Assembly (NCBI GenBank): GCA_001643675.2
Contig: LSRY02000001.1
Coordinates: 1,116,001-1,180,000, forward strand
Origin: Monocercomonoides exilis PA203
Lineage: Eukaryota; Protista; Preaxostyla
DNA length: 64,000 bases
Direction: 5' to 3'
Shown here: positions 63,334 to 64,000 of the stretch, piece after piece
How positions within the stretch are numbered: position 1 is the first letter of the stretch
How the letters are laid out: each line of letters opens with the position of its first letter
Notes under the pieces: generated by a model
Told to the model about the DNA's origin: nothing
The model's database searches: none
What the model saw: the letters and a program-made list of their open reading frames with translations, nothing else
Made by a program: the position numbers and the translations under genes

Positions 63334-64000
63334 TTAAAGATTATGTATTTGTTTAAAATGAATAAATGAATATGATATGAACCATTTAATGGAAAAGTGA
63401 TTTTTGAAAGTCAATTTTGTATGTTTAACTGTTTTATCTTCTTTCCATTTTGAAGATGATCCATTATCTCCAACTTCATTTTGAAATGTTTCTGAAGAAG
63501 AAGTTGTTGAATCATCATCAACATTTATATTCAGTGAGATATTATCTTTATCTGGAACATCATCTTCACTTTTTATATACTTTCTTTCTTCTTCTTTTTT
63601 ATCATAATTTAATATATCATCTCCGATTTCTATTTCCATTTCATCAGTTTCATCAGTATCATCATGATGAATTTTCAATTCCATTTCATTTCTGCTTTTT
63701 TTTTCAAAATTTCGTCAGATCGAGATATATCCAATATGAACTGTTCAAAATTGTAATCTTTTCTTTTTCTATTTGAAAATTGAGATAAATAATCAGGAAA
63801 AAATTTTATTCTGATACCATGAGAAGGAAAAAACGAACTGAAATAGATCCAAAAACCTTCTATATTGTTTGAACAAGCTTCAGAATCTGGATCGTCACAG
63901 TTTTGTTTGTGACAAACAGTTTTGTGAATGTGAACTATTTCTTCAAGACAATAGTTAGCCTTCCACTCATCAATATGAATTTCTGTTCCTTTTTTAATAT
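63334..64000 (-). mobile_element. Merlin transposase relic 11 (C-terminal part; runs off the window), with acidic tail
   Basis: IKKGTEIHIDEWKA..HKTVCHKQNCDDPDSEACSNNIEGFWIYF, then the acidic ORF 63334-63684. Confidence 0.75.

Noticed and set aside
1-64000. Alternative genetic code (TAA/TAG = Gln, or TGA read-through) to explain the many in-frame stops
   Set aside because: The 2946-aa ORF has no internal TAR and ends in TAG, and BRX1 and the centrin-like gene end in TGA. Interrupted ORFs also carry frameshifts, so they are pseudogenes.
31369-64000. Bacterial IS1595 contamination or a prokaryotic contig
   Set aside because: The relics are contiguous with spliceosomal-intron genes and interleaved with eukaryotic MITEs; Merlin is the known eukaryotic relative of IS1595/IS1016.

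Overview
AT-rich, intron-containing eukaryotic (protist-like) DNA read with the standard genetic code. The giant GGA[ILV]/cysteine-motif surface protein and the GTTTG-type donors resemble oxymonad (Monocercomonoides-like) genomes; that assignment is an inference. The window has two compartments. (1) Bases 1-13.5 kb are gene-rich: a 5'-truncated >2980-aa single-pass surface protein built from four ~450-520-aa modules, a BRX1 (Brix) gene and a divergently transcribed centrin-like gene (each needs one GC-AG intron with the same GCATGA donor), and an internally deleted bacterial-type aminotransferase pseudogene. (2) Bases 13.7-64 kb are a DNA-transposon graveyard with no intact host gene recognised. 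It holds a pogo/Fot-like DD35D element with TIRs, a Sola-like transposase directly downstream of (probably fused to) a complete USP-type deubiquitinase domain, an ISL2EU/Harbinger-like relic, an IS630/Tc1-like relic, about 11 divergent Merlin (IS1595/ISXO2-like) relics (9 on the minus strand, five sharing an acidic tail ending in a short conserved motif), four ~240-270 bp MITE families with 4-bp AWWT target duplications, CAGT-ended MITEs, a foldback with 301-bp apparently identical arms, and several nested insertions. The strongest candidate for an undescribed system is the USP-peptidase/transposase unit at 24.0-26.8 kb together with the AWWT MITE families it may mobilise. All coordinates and alignments were read by eye; family assignments need HMM confirmation.
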